This document shows positions 25,903 through 36,152 of a DNA stretch of 41,839 nt, piece after piece. Each line of letters starts with the position of its first letter. Positions within the stretch are counted from its first letter, which is position 1. The notes under the pieces were generated by a model. It was given only the letters and a program-made list of their open reading frames with translations, did no database searches and was not told where the DNA came from. The position numbers and the translations under genes were made by a program. Source of the DNA: an uncultured Armatimonadales bacterium (GTDB lineage: Bacteria > Armatimonadota > Armatimonadia > Armatimonadales > Capsulimonadaceae); assembly GCA_964249295.1 (NCBI GenBank), contig CAXUCQ010000001.1:1-41839 (forward strand), read 5' to 3'.

Positions 25903-27948
25903 ATGACACGTAGGATTGAGAAGTATTTAGGGAGTGGCGGGAGCGTCTCTGCAGCGCTGCCCGGCTTCACGGTGCGCTCGCAGCAACTCGCCGTAGCCCG
26001 CGCCGTGGAGAACGCGATGCAGCAGTCGGGCGGCGTCGCCGTAGTCGAGGCGGGTACCGGCGTCGGTAAGACCCTCGCTTACCTCATCCCGGTCCTGGAG
26101 CGCGCCCGGCCCGATTACAGGGTCGTCATCTCCACGCACACCCTGGCTCTACAGGCGCAGCTCGCCGGGCGCGACGTTCCCCTGGTCCAGTCGCTCTGGA
26201 GGAATCCCGCTGCGGCGGCAGTCGTCAAGGGCCGCGGGAACTATCTCTGCCTCCAGGATTACGAGGCCGCTTCCGGGGACATCTGGAACGTCGGCGACGC
26301 GCAGTTCGCACAGATCGGGCGATGGAGCAGGACCACGGACGCCGGGGACGTGTCGGAGCTGAACTTCTCCTATCCCGGATGGGGCGACATCAGGGCCAAC
26401 GCCGATACGTGCCGGGGCCAGGAGTGCCGCTTCTTCGATCGCTGTTTCTATTACAAGATGCGCCGGACGGCGCAGGACGCGAGCATCCTGCTCGTCAACC
26501 ACGCGCTGTTCTTCAGCGACCTGGTGGTGCGCCAGAGCGGCGAGGCGGACGCCAAACTGCTTCCCGACTATGATTTTGTGGTCTTCGACGAGGCACACCA
26601 TCTGGAGGCTGCCGCTGCCGCCGCGTTCGGCGTCGGCTTTTCCTCGGGTCGTCTGCCGACCCTGATGGAGAAAGTGCGCCGCGCGGTGCGGCAGTTGGAC
26701 GTCAACAAAGACCGCCTCCGCGCCGTCGATGCGGCCTCCGAGACCCTGTTCGCGCCGTTCCTCCAGACATCCCGGTCGGAGTTCTTTGTCACCGATGTCT
26801 TAGGGGGACCAGAGGCGCTTGGCTACGCGCGCGCTCAGGTGGCGGCCGTCGGCGTGCTGCTGGACGGCCTCGTGACGGACCTGCTCAAGCAGGACACCGG
26901 CGGGGTGCCGGCGGTGAAGGATCGGATCGATGGGCTGCGCCGCCAGTGCGTCCGGGCGAAAGAGGAACTCTCGCTGCTGTTTCTCGCGGACAATGCTAAT
27001 TTCGTCCGCTGGGGGACACAGACACGGACGCTCCGGCGCGGCGTTCAGGTGACGCTCAACTGGACGCCGATCTCCGTCGCGCCGATCCTCGCACAGACGC
27101 TCTGGAAACAGCCCCGGAAGGTCGGGGCGGCACTGATCAGCGCGACGCTCTCGACGGACGGAGGCTTCGGCTATGTCCGGGAACGTCTCGGCCTCCCGAA
27201 GTCGGATGCTCAAGTGACGGAGACAATTGCCGGTTCGCCGTTCGACTATGCTACGAACTGTCTGCTCTACATCCCGCGTCACCTCCCGCCGCCTTCGGAC
27301 GACCCCGGTTATGCGTTCCAGGCGTGTGAAGAGATGATCCAGTTGATCGAGATCGCCCAGGGAGGCGCGTTCGTACTGTTCACGTCGCACCGCGCCCTGA
27401 ACGCCGCTTATGACCGCCTCACGCAATCCGATCTCCCCTATCCGCTTCTGCGTCAAGGCGAGATGCCGAACGCGCGGCTCGTCGAGGTCTTCAAAGCCGA
27501 GCAGAACGCCGTCCTGTTCGGCACACAGTCGTTCTGGGAAGGGGTTGACGTGCCGGGGGCAGGCTTGCGCCTGGTCATCATCGACCGCATCCCGTTCGCG
27601 GTGCCGGACAGCCCGCTCCACAAGGCGCGCGTGGAGGAGATCACCCGAGCCGGCGGCGACTGGTTCAGCGACTTCGCCTTGCCGCAGGCACAGCTTAAGT
27701 TGAAGCAGGGATTTGGCCGCCTGATCCGAACGGTGGAAGATCGTGGGGGCGTGGCGATCCTGGACACGCGCCTGGTTCGCAAGGCTTACGGCGAGCGGTT
27801 CCTGCGCTTCCTGCCGCCCGCCCGCCGCGCCTCGACATTGGATGAGGTCCGCGACTTCTTCGCAGGCCGCCATGAGACCCCCCCACCATCGGAAGGTTTG
27901 CGGCGGCAGGGTGACGGGAATGAACCACCACAAGAAAATCCCCAGTGA
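25903..27948 (+). CDS. dinG: ATP-dependent DNA helicase, DinG/XPD (Rad3) family with Fe-S cluster cysteines
   Basis: Walker A EAGTGVGKTLAY, DEAH box VVFDEAHHLE, and four Cys (NYLCLQ ... CRGQECRFFDRC). The start is uncertain, with an in-frame GTG at 25873 as the alternative. Confidence 0.85.
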   Translation: MTRRIEKYLGSGGSVSAALPGFTVRSQQLAVARAVENAMQQSGGVAVVEAGTGVGKTLAYLIPVLERARPDYRVVISTHTLALQAQLAGRDVPLVQSLWRNPAAAAVVKGRGNYLCLQDYEAASGDIWNVGDAQFAQIGRWSRTTDAGDVSELNFSYPGWGDIRANADTCRGQECRFFDRCFYYKMRRTAQDASILLVNHALFFSDLVVRQSGEADAKLLPDYDFVVFDEAHHLEAAAAAAFGVGFSSGRLPTLMEKVRRAVRQLDVNKDRLRAVDAASETLFAPFLQTSRSEFFVTDVLGGPEALGYARAQVAAVGVLLDGLVTDLLKQDTGGVPAVKDRIDGLRRQCVRAKEELSLLFLADNANFVRWGTQTRTLRRGVQVTLNWTPISVAPILAQTLWKQPRKVGAALISATLSTDGGFGYVRERLGLPKSDAQVTETIAGSPFDYATNCLLYIPRHLPPPSDDPGYAFQACEEMIQLIEIAQGGAFVLFTSHRALNAAYDRLTQSDLPYPLLRQGEMPNARLVEVFKAEQNAVLFGTQSFWEGVDVPGAGLRLVIIDRIPFAVPDSPLHKARVEEITRAGGDWFSDFALPQAQLKLKQGFGRLIRTVEDRGGVAILDTRLVRKAYGERFLRFLPPARRASTLDEVRDFFAGRHETPPPSEGLRRQGDGNEPPQENPQ

Positions 27949-27957
27949 GGTCAGGCC

Positions 27958-28308
27958 ATGGCACTTCAGGAAATCCCGCGCGAGCAGTGGAAGGCGTTCT
28001 TTGACGATCTCAGTCGCGAACACGAGGCGGGACAGATCTCGGTAGAAGTACGCGGTGACGGACTGCCGCAGCAGGACGCCATCACGCAGATGACCCTGAT
28101 CGGCATCAGTTATGAGGACAAGGGCAGCGGCGCAGGACGCATCGATGTGATGGTCGGCAATGACACGGACACCAATTCCTCCCACACGATCGCCACGCCC
28201 ACCACCGTCAAGATAGAGAACAGGACGGGCGGCGACATCGACACGCTCCTGATCGACGGCGAAGAAGGCGAGCCGACGACGCTCATCCGCTTCCTGTCCG
28301 CCACGTAA
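27958..28308 (+). CDS. small conserved protein, DUF5335-like (assigned from memory of the family pattern)
   Basis: 116 aa: M..EIPREQWKAFFDDLSREHEAGQISVEV...HTIATPTTV....LLIDGEEGEPTTLIRF. It lies 9 nt after the dinG stop, with GAGG upstream. Confidence 0.6.
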   Translation: MALQEIPREQWKAFFDDLSREHEAGQISVEVRGDGLPQQDAITQMTLIGISYEDKGSGAGRIDVMVGNDTDTNSSHTIATPTTVKIENRTGGDIDTLLIDGEEGEPTTLIRFLSAT

Positions 28309-28333
28309 ACACGGAACATCCGAATAAAGGCCG

Positions 28334-30583
<2,250 letters not shown>

Positions 30584-30586
30584 GGG

Positions 30587-31885
30587 TCAGACGTCCGACG
30601 GCACATAGTTCGGGGTGTAGGGGGCGAGCCGACCAGCCAGCTCTTTGGCGATGTCGGCGCGCACGACGATCTTGTCGGGGGCGTAGTCGACCGAGTGGAC
30701 CTTGCCGGTCTCGTAGCAGAGCGCGACCAGGTCACTCCGGTCATAGGGCAGGAACAGCGTGACGGAGGCCAGCAGGGACCGCAGGGTCACGTCCATGCGG
30801 TCCATCAGGGCGGGGATGCCCTCGCGCTTCAAGGCCGACAGGTAGCAGGAATTCGGCGTGGCGGCGACGAATTCACGCAGGGCGTAGGTGTCGTGGACCG
30901 TGTCCGCCTTGTTGAAGGCCGTCACAGTCGGTTTGCCGTCCGCGCCGAGTTCCCGCAAGACTTCCTCCACGGCGCGCATCTGCCGCTCACGCTCCGGGTG
31001 TCCGGCGTCCACGACGTGAATCAGGAAGTCGGCCTGGGTCACTTCTTCCAGGGTCGCCCGGAACGCGGCCACCAGGTGATGCGGCAGGTTGCGGATGAAG
31101 CCGACGGTGTCCGTCATGAGAACGGACCAAGACCCGCCGGGCAGGACGACGCGGCGCGTCGTCGGGTCCAGCGTCGAGAACAGCATCCGGTCCGCGAGCA
31201 CGTCCGCGCCGGACAGCAGGTTCAGGATCGTGCTTTTGCCCGCCGACGTGTAGCCGACGAGGGCGCAGGTCGGGAACGGCAGTTTGTGCCGCATCTGGCG
31301 CTGCTGGGAGCGCTGCTCGCGCATCTCGTCGATCTCGCGCCCGAGCTGCGAGATGCGCTCTTTGACCCGTCGCCGGTCGCTCTCAAGCTTCGTCTCGCCA
31401 GGGCCGCGCCCGCCGATGCCGCCCTGCTGCCGCTCGAACTTGGTGTAGAGAGACGACAGCCGGGGGAGCAGGTAGTTCAGCTGGGCGAGTTCAACTTGCA
31501 GCTTGCCTTCGCGTGTCCGGGCGCGCTGGGCGAAGATGTCCAGGATCAACTGCGTCCGGTCCAGAACGCGCGTCTGCAGGATTTCCGTAAGGTTCCGCTG
31601 CTGCGTCGGGGAGAGTTCATCGTCGAAGATGATCAGGTCTGCGCCGGTCGAGGCGACCTCGGCCTTCAGGTCTTCGGCCTTGCCCGGCCCGATGTAGGTC
31701 GCCTTGTCCGGGGCGCGGCGCGACTGGGCGAACGACGCGATGACCTGCGCCCCGGCCGTGTTGGTCAGTTCGCGCAGCTCATCCAGCCGCATCTGCTGAT
31801 CGTCCTCACCGCCCGCAAGGGAGAGGCTGACGACGACGGCGCGCTCCTCTTTGGAGGTCTCGTAGAAGTTGGGGGCTGAGGGCAT
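30587..31885 (-). CDS. hflX: GTPase HflX
   Basis: HflX N-terminal domain, then G1 GYTSAGKSTILN, G3 DTVGF and G4 NKAD. Confidence 0.92.
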   Translation of the reverse strand: MPSAPNFYETSKEERAVVVSLSLAGGEDDQQMRLDELRELTNTAGAQVIASFAQSRRAPDKATYIGPGKAEDLKAEVASTGADLIIFDDELSPTQQRNLTEILQTRVLDRTQLILDIFAQRARTREGKLQVELAQLNYLLPRLSSLYTKFERQQGGIGGRGPGETKLESDRRRVKERISQLGREIDEMREQRSQQRQMRHKLPFPTCALVGYTSAGKSTILNLLSGADVLADRMLFSTLDPTTRRVVLPGGSWSVLMTDTVGFIRNLPHHLVAAFRATLEEVTQADFLIHVVDAGHPERERQMRAVEEVLRELGADGKPTVTAFNKADTVHDTYALREFVAATPNSCYLSALKREGIPALMDRMDVTLRSLLASVTLFLPYDRSDLVALCYETGKVHSVDYAPDKIVVRADIAKELAGRLAPYTPNYVPSDV

Positions 31886-31923
31886 AGACCATTAGTATAC
31901 CCTCTGGCGGCCTCCCCACGACG

Positions 31924-32526
31924 TCACAGCCCGTCCGTGGCGAGGAGCCGCTCGCGCAGGGCCGAGTAGATGGCGTGACCTAGGACCATGTGGACATCCT
32001 CGACCATCTGCATGTTGTTCGAGTGGATGACGATGGCGTGATGCGCGGCGGCGGCCAGCCTGCCGCCGCCGAAGCCGCAGATCCCGATCGTCGTCGCGCC
32101 GCACTCATGGGCCGCCTCGACCGCCGCAAGGATGTTGGGGGAGTTGCCGCTGCCGCTGATCGCGATGAGCAGGTCTCCGGCGCGCATCCAGGTGCGGACC
32201 TGACCGGCGAACACGTTGGCATAATCGGTATCGTTCCCCCAGGCGGTCAGGAGTGGGATCGAGTCGACGACGGAGAGGCACTCCCAGGGACGCCCGCCGT
32301 CGAGAAACATATTCTTCTGGAAGTCGGCGGGGAGGTGGCTGGCCGTGGCGGCGGAGCCGCCGTTGCCGCAGAAGACGACCCGCCGCCCCTGCGCATAGTT
32401 GTCCCAGAGGAGGTCGATCACGCCCTCGACTTCCGCCTGCGGGACTTCGGCGAGGAGTGCGTTCACGCCGGTCAGGTAGTGGCCGACGTACCCGGCCGCC
32501 GTGTTCTTGGTCTCAACGTCTGGCAT
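31924..32526 (-). CDS. gmhA: SIS-domain sugar-phosphate isomerase, GmhA-like (sedoheptulose-7-phosphate isomerase)
   Basis: Motifs [14 protein letters not shown] and ISGSGNSPN. It overlaps the upstream kinase gene by 14 nt. Confidence 0.78.
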   Translation of the reverse strand: MPDVETKNTAAGYVGHYLTGVNALLAEVPQAEVEGVIDLLWDNYAQGRRVVFCGNGGSAATASHLPADFQKNMFLDGGRPWECLSVVDSIPLLTAWGNDTDYANVFAGQVRTWMRAGDLLIAISGSGNSPNILAAVEAAHECGATTIGICGFGGGRLAAAAHHAIVIHSNNMQMVEDVHMVLGHAIYSALRERLLATDGL

Positions 32527-33490
32527 TGAAGATCACCTTGGTGCCGTCCCGTTCCAGGCTGAACGGCATTTCTTTCAGTTCTGCAAGGACCTGGCGGACG
32601 GCGTGCTGCCGGTCCGGCGTGCAGTACAGGAGCAGGAAGCCGCCTCCGCCCGCGCCCGCGATCTTGCCGCCCGTGGCACCGGCATCCAGCGCGGCCTCAT
32701 AGAGAGAGTCGATGTGGGGGCTGGTGATGCGGTCCGCCATCTGCTTCTTCAGGTTCCAGCCGCTGTGCATCAGGCGGCCCACCTTGTTGATGTTGTTGTT
32801 GGTCAGGCTCGCGTCGATCTCGCACACCTGCTCTTTGATCATGCCCAGGATGCGCAACCGATCCGCGATGTTCGCCTTCTGCTGGCTCAGGATGTTGTCG
32901 GCACTGCGCGTGATCCCCGTGTAGAACAGCATCAGACATTCGCCGAAGCGCAGGCGCTGCGCCTCCGGCAGATCGATCCGACGGACCCCCACCCGCCCGT
33001 CGGCGTGGAACTCGATCACACGGAGGTTGCCGAAGGCGGCGATGTACTGGTCCTGCTTCCCGATCGGCTTGCCGAGGATGTCGATCTCGATGCGGCACGC
33101 TTCTTCCGCCAGCCGATCGGGTGTGACGAGTTCGCCTTTGAAGGCGTAAAGCGCATGGAGCAGACCGACCGTAACGGTGCTCGATGAACCCAGACCACTA
33201 CCCTCGGAGGGGATGTCGGCCATGGTCGCGATCTCGACGCCGCCCCGAATCCCCGTCAGACGCATGCACTCGCGCACGAGTTCGTGCTCGATGTCGTCGA
33301 CGCGATCCACCATCTCCGTGCGCGTGTAGCCGACGCGGATCTTGTCGTCGAAGCGCTCCTTGATGACGACATAGATGTACTTGTCGATCGCCGAAGAGAT
33401 GACGGCGCCGCCGTCCTTTTCGTAATAATCTTTGAAATCCGTCCCCCCGCCTGCGAACGAAATGCGCAGTGGAGTTTGTGTGATGATCAT
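32513..33490 (-). CDS. hddA: GHMP-family sugar kinase, HddA-like (D-glycero-D-manno-heptose 7-phosphate kinase)
   Basis: N-terminus [25 protein letters not shown] motif [12 protein letters not shown], and C-terminal [12 protein letters not shown]. Confidence 0.78.
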   Translation of the reverse strand: MIITQTPLRISFAGGGTDFKDYYEKDGGAVISSAIDKYIYVVIKERFDDKIRVGYTRTEMVDRVDDIEHELVRECMRLTGIRGGVEIATMADIPSEGSGLGSSSTVTVGLLHALYAFKGELVTPDRLAEEACRIEIDILGKPIGKQDQYIAAFGNLRVIEFHADGRVGVRRIDLPEAQRLRFGECLMLFYTGITRSADNILSQQKANIADRLRILGMIKEQVCEIDASLTNNNINKVGRLMHSGWNLKKQMADRITSPHIDSLYEAALDAGATGGKIAGAGGGGFLLLYCTPDRQHAVRQVLAELKEMPFSLERDGTKVIFNARR

Positions 33491-33511
33491 AGTGTACTGA
33501 CAGCCTTCCCC

Positions 33512-34468
33512 TCAGGCGACGATAGCCCCCGCGCCCGGCGATGATCCCGGCTCGACGGTCACGCCGTATCCCACGATGGCGTTCTCCAGACGCGCCCCGG
33601 CTCCGATGCGGGCGTTGTCCCAGACGATGCAGTCCGTGAGACTCGCGCCTTCCGCAACGGTCACGCCGCTTCCCAGGATGTTTCTCCCCCGGAACTCGAC
33701 CGTCGGACTGACGTGTGTGTTTTGTCCGGTCCAGACACCATCCTTTGCATAAGTCTTGCCAAGGCGGCCCTCGAGGACGTCCCAGTTCGCGCGGCGGTAT
33801 TGGTCCGGCGTCCCCGTGTCCTGGAGATAACCGTCGAGGGGGATGCCGTAGAGCGCCCTCCCCTGTCCGAGCATCGTCGGGAAGATATCTCGCCCGAAGT
33901 CGGACGGGCGTCCCGTGGGAATCATCTCCAGGACGGACGGATTGAGCAGATAAACGCCCGCATTCGCCGTGTCTGCGAAGATCTGATCGGGGGCCGGCTT
34001 TTCGACGAAGCGCGTGATGCGGCCGGTCGAGTCGACGCCCACGACGCCCGCTGCGGCGGGGTTCGGATGATGGAACAGCGCGAGGGTCGCCTCACCGCCG
34101 TGCTTTTCGTGGAAGTTGATGAGGCGGCTGAGATCGGCGCGCAGCAGATTGTCGCCGTAGATCACGAAGAACGGGGCCTCGTCCAGCAGCTCCGCTGCCG
34201 CCCTCACCCCGCCGGATGTGCCTTGCAGTTCGTTTTCGCAGAAATAGTGCAGGCGCAGGCCGCCATGCGCCTCCCCAAAGAAATCGGGGATCACCTGGGG
34301 GCGGTGATAAAGGTTGATCACGACTTCATCAATGCCCTGCTCGGCCAGCCATGCCAGCGTCCAGGCCAGCAAAGGTCTGCCGACGACAGGGACCATCGGC
34401 TTCGGCACCGTGAGCGTCAGCGGTCGCAGCCGGGTTCCTTCCCCAGCGGCCAGAATCATCGCCTTCAT
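33512..34468 (-). CDS. sugar-1-phosphate nucleotidyltransferase with C-terminal left-handed beta-helix (HddC / mannose-1-phosphate guanylyltransferase-like)
   Basis: The start MKAMILAAGEGTRLRPLT (GxGTRLxPLT) is fixed by homology at 34468. The C-terminus has hexapeptide repeats. The upstream 39 codons of the track ORF are non-coding. Confidence 0.8.
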   Translation of the reverse strand: MKAMILAAGEGTRLRPLTLTVPKPMVPVVGRPLLAWTLAWLAEQGIDEVVINLYHRPQVIPDFFGEAHGGLRLHYFCENELQGTSGGVRAAAELLDEAPFFVIYGDNLLRADLSRLINFHEKHGGEATLALFHHPNPAAAGVVGVDSTGRITRFVEKPAPDQIFADTANAGVYLLNPSVLEMIPTGRPSDFGRDIFPTMLGQGRALYGIPLDGYLQDTGTPDQYRRANWDVLEGRLGKTYAKDGVWTGQNTHVSPTVEFRGRNILGSGVTVAEGASLTDCIVWDNARIGAGARLENAIVGYGVTVEPGSSPGAGAIVA

Positions 34469-34471
34469 ATC

Positions 34472-34484
34472 TGGTATTATAGCA
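34472..34484. promoter_or_regulatory. symmetric bidirectional promoter with overlapping extended -10 elements on both strands
   Basis: TGGTATTATAGCA: the plus strand reads TGgTATTAT (toward ridA) and the minus strand reads TGcTATAAT (toward the nucleotidyltransferase, whose ATG at 34468 lies 7 nt downstream). Confidence 0.5.
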
Positions 34485-34543
34485 TAGGCGCGACGGTTCA
34501 AACCATCCACGTCCGCATAACCATCGGCGATGAAGGGAAGCAT

Positions 34544-34933
34544 ATGCAAAAGCAGGGGGTATTTACAGACGCGGGTCCCGTCCAAGGCGCACCGTACACA
34601 CCGGCGGTGCGGGTGGGTCCGTGGTTGTACATCTCAGGACAGCTTCCGATCGACCCGGCGACCAGCCGGATCGTGGAGGGAGGCTTCGAAGATCAGGTGC
34701 GTCAATGCCTGCGCAACTTGGCGTCGATCTTGAAGCAGGACGGCCTCGGCCTCGACCATGTCGTTAAGACGACGATCTTCCTGCAGGATTTGGAGAACTT
34801 CGCCGAACTCAATCGCGTCTACGGCGCCTATTTCACAGGCGTCAAGCCGGCCAGATCGACGGTCCAGGTCGCGCGCCTGCCGCTTGATGTCGCGGTCGAG
34901 ATCGAAGCCATCGCCGTCGCCCCGGAAGGCTAG
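34544..34933 (+). CDS. ridA: RidA/YjgF/UK114 family reactive-intermediate deaminase
   Basis: The 129-aa C-terminal part of the 406-aa track ORF: ..PYTPAVRVGPWLYISGQLP.., ..ARSTVQVARLPLDVAVEIEAIA... SD GAAGGGAAG is upstream of the ATG at 34544. Confidence 0.88.
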   Translation: MQKQGVFTDAGPVQGAPYTPAVRVGPWLYISGQLPIDPATSRIVEGGFEDQVRQCLRNLASILKQDGLGLDHVVKTTIFLQDLENFAELNRVYGAYFTGVKPARSTVQVARLPLDVAVEIEAIAVAPEG

Positions 34934-34961
34934 CGCCGGCTCACACCTGACACAAAACTGA

Positions 34962-34987
34962 GAGGCCCGGCATCGCTGCCGGGCCTC
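34962..34987. terminator. bidirectional rho-independent terminator between ridA and the KGG gene
   Basis: Perfect 11-bp GC-rich stem GAGGCCCGGCA / TGCCGGGCCTC with loop TCGC. T-rich flanks are CTTTGTG on the plus strand and CAGTTTTGTG on the minus strand. Confidence 0.7.
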
Positions 34988-35009
34988 CTTTGTGAAAGCA
35001 CACGATCTC

Positions 35010-35372
35010 TCAAGCCGCTTTTTTTGCGGGGCGGCCACGCTTCTTCGCCGTCGTCGCGTCCACAGCCGGCCCGCCCTCGCGCTGGGTGGCCGCGCGCTGG
35101 CCTCGCATCTCGCCGCCCTTGCGACCTATCTCGGCATAGAACTCCGTGCCACGCTCCCGCTTCACGGTCTCGCCGCCCTTTTTGCCGATGCTCTGATAGA
35201 ACGTCGGCCCATAGCGGTTCTTGACGGTCTCCCCACCCTTGCGGCCCGCTTCGCGGGCCAGATCCGGGTTGGCGGCGAAGCCGCCCTCTTTATCGTGCTC
35301 ATGTGAGCCGCGGTGGGCTTCGGCGATCTTGCGAGCGCCCTCGGAGCCTGCGGCCGGACCTGGTTTTGCCAT
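35010..35372 (-). CDS. KGG-repeat general stress protein (YciG/GsiB-like) with a C-terminal AT-hook-like motif
   Basis: Three GRKGGE/GKKGGE repeats. The C-terminal KKRGRPAKKAA is encoded at 35013..35045. SD AGGAGG lies 8 nt upstream. Confidence 0.8.
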   Translation of the reverse strand: MAKPGPAAGSEGARKIAEAHRGSHEHDKEGGFAANPDLAREAGRKGGETVKNRYGPTFYQSIGKKGGETVKRERGTEFYAEIGRKGGEMRGQRAATQREGGPAVDATTAKKRGRPAKKAA

Positions 35373-35446
35373 TCGATATACCTCCTGATCGTTCTCGGAC
35401 GTGCAGTACGTTCGCGCCGACCGACACAGTGCAAAGAGAAACTGTG

Positions 35447-36136
35447 TCAGACGCTCGCGGACGTTTTGCTGGCGTTGGCGCCAGACATCGTGTCGGTCTT
35501 CTTGTCCATGTCTCCCTCCGCCTCGACTTGGGCGGTGAGTTCTTCTTTCCGTTCCTGGTAGGCTTGCTTGCCGGCATCGACGGCTTCGGCGATGCTGGCC
35601 TTCTGGTTGTCAAGCGCCGCCTTGCCCTTGTCCACTGCCCCCTGGACGCTGCCCTTGACGGAGGCAACGGCGTCCGACGCCTTGGCCCCCAGGTCGCCCG
35701 TGTTGGACTTGACGCTGTCGGATGCGTCGGACGCTTTTGACTTGGCGGCGTCAACGGCATCGGAGGCTTTAGCTTTCGCGCTGTCCGAAGCGTCCGACGT
35801 TTTCGCCTTGACGGTGTCGGCGACTTCGGCGGACTTGGCTTTGACGCTGTCTGTCATGTCCCCGACTTTGTCGGAATACTCGCCGGCTTTCGCTTTGACC
35901 TGATCGGCGACTCCCCCGGCCATCTCGGACAGACCGCTCGCCTTTGCCTTCGCGGCATCCGAGAGGTCGGACGCTTTGCTCTTGGCGAGGTCCGAGTACT
36001 GATCTGTCTTCTGTTTGAGCAGGCCGCGCGTCTCATCGCCGCCCTGTGGGGCATAAAGGAGGGCGAGTACTGCCCCGAGCGCGCCGCCGAGCAGCAGGCC
36101 CAGTGCGAATCCTCCGCCGTTGTTATTGTCTGCCAT
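35447..36136 (-). CDS. YtxH-domain stress protein with LEA-like 11-residue repeats
   Basis: N-terminal Gly-zipper TM segment GGGFALGLLLGGALGAVLALLYAPQGG (YtxH hallmark), then repeated D-x-x-K-A-K-x-S-D-A-x units. SD AAGGAG is upstream. Confidence 0.8.
   Translation of the reverse strand: MADNNNGGGFALGLLLGGALGAVLALLYAPQGGDETRGLLKQKTDQYSDLAKSKASDLSDAAKAKASGLSEMAGGVADQVKAKAGEYSDKVGDMTDSVKAKSAEVADTVKAKTSDASDSAKAKASDAVDAAKSKASDASDSVKSNTGDLGAKASDAVASVKGSVQGAVDKGKAALDNQKASIAEAVDAGKQAYQERKEELTAQVEAEGDMDKKTDTMSGANASKTSASV
35669..35866 (-). repeat. imperfect 33-bp (11-codon) tandem periodicity inside the YtxH-like gene
   Basis: It encodes VGDMTDSVKAK / SAEVADTVKAK / TSDASDSAKAK / ASDAVDAAKSK / ASDASDSVKSN / TGDLGAKASDA. 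Looser periodicity extends to about 35537..35998. Confidence 0.6.
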
Positions 36137-36152
36137 GATGCTATCACTCCTT

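Noticed and set aside
33713-34543. N-terminal 277 codons of the 406-aa plus-strand ORF that ends in the RidA domain.
   Set aside because: This part is antisense to the nucleotidyltransferase gene. The RidA homology begins at the ATG at 34544, which has its own SD and promoter.
35425-35446. A 6-bp stem (CACAGT-N10-ACTGTG) just downstream of the ytxH-like gene, considered as a terminator.
   Set aside because: The stem is short and AT-containing, has a large loop, and is not followed by a U-tract. The KGG gene downstream has its own SD and may be co-transcribed.
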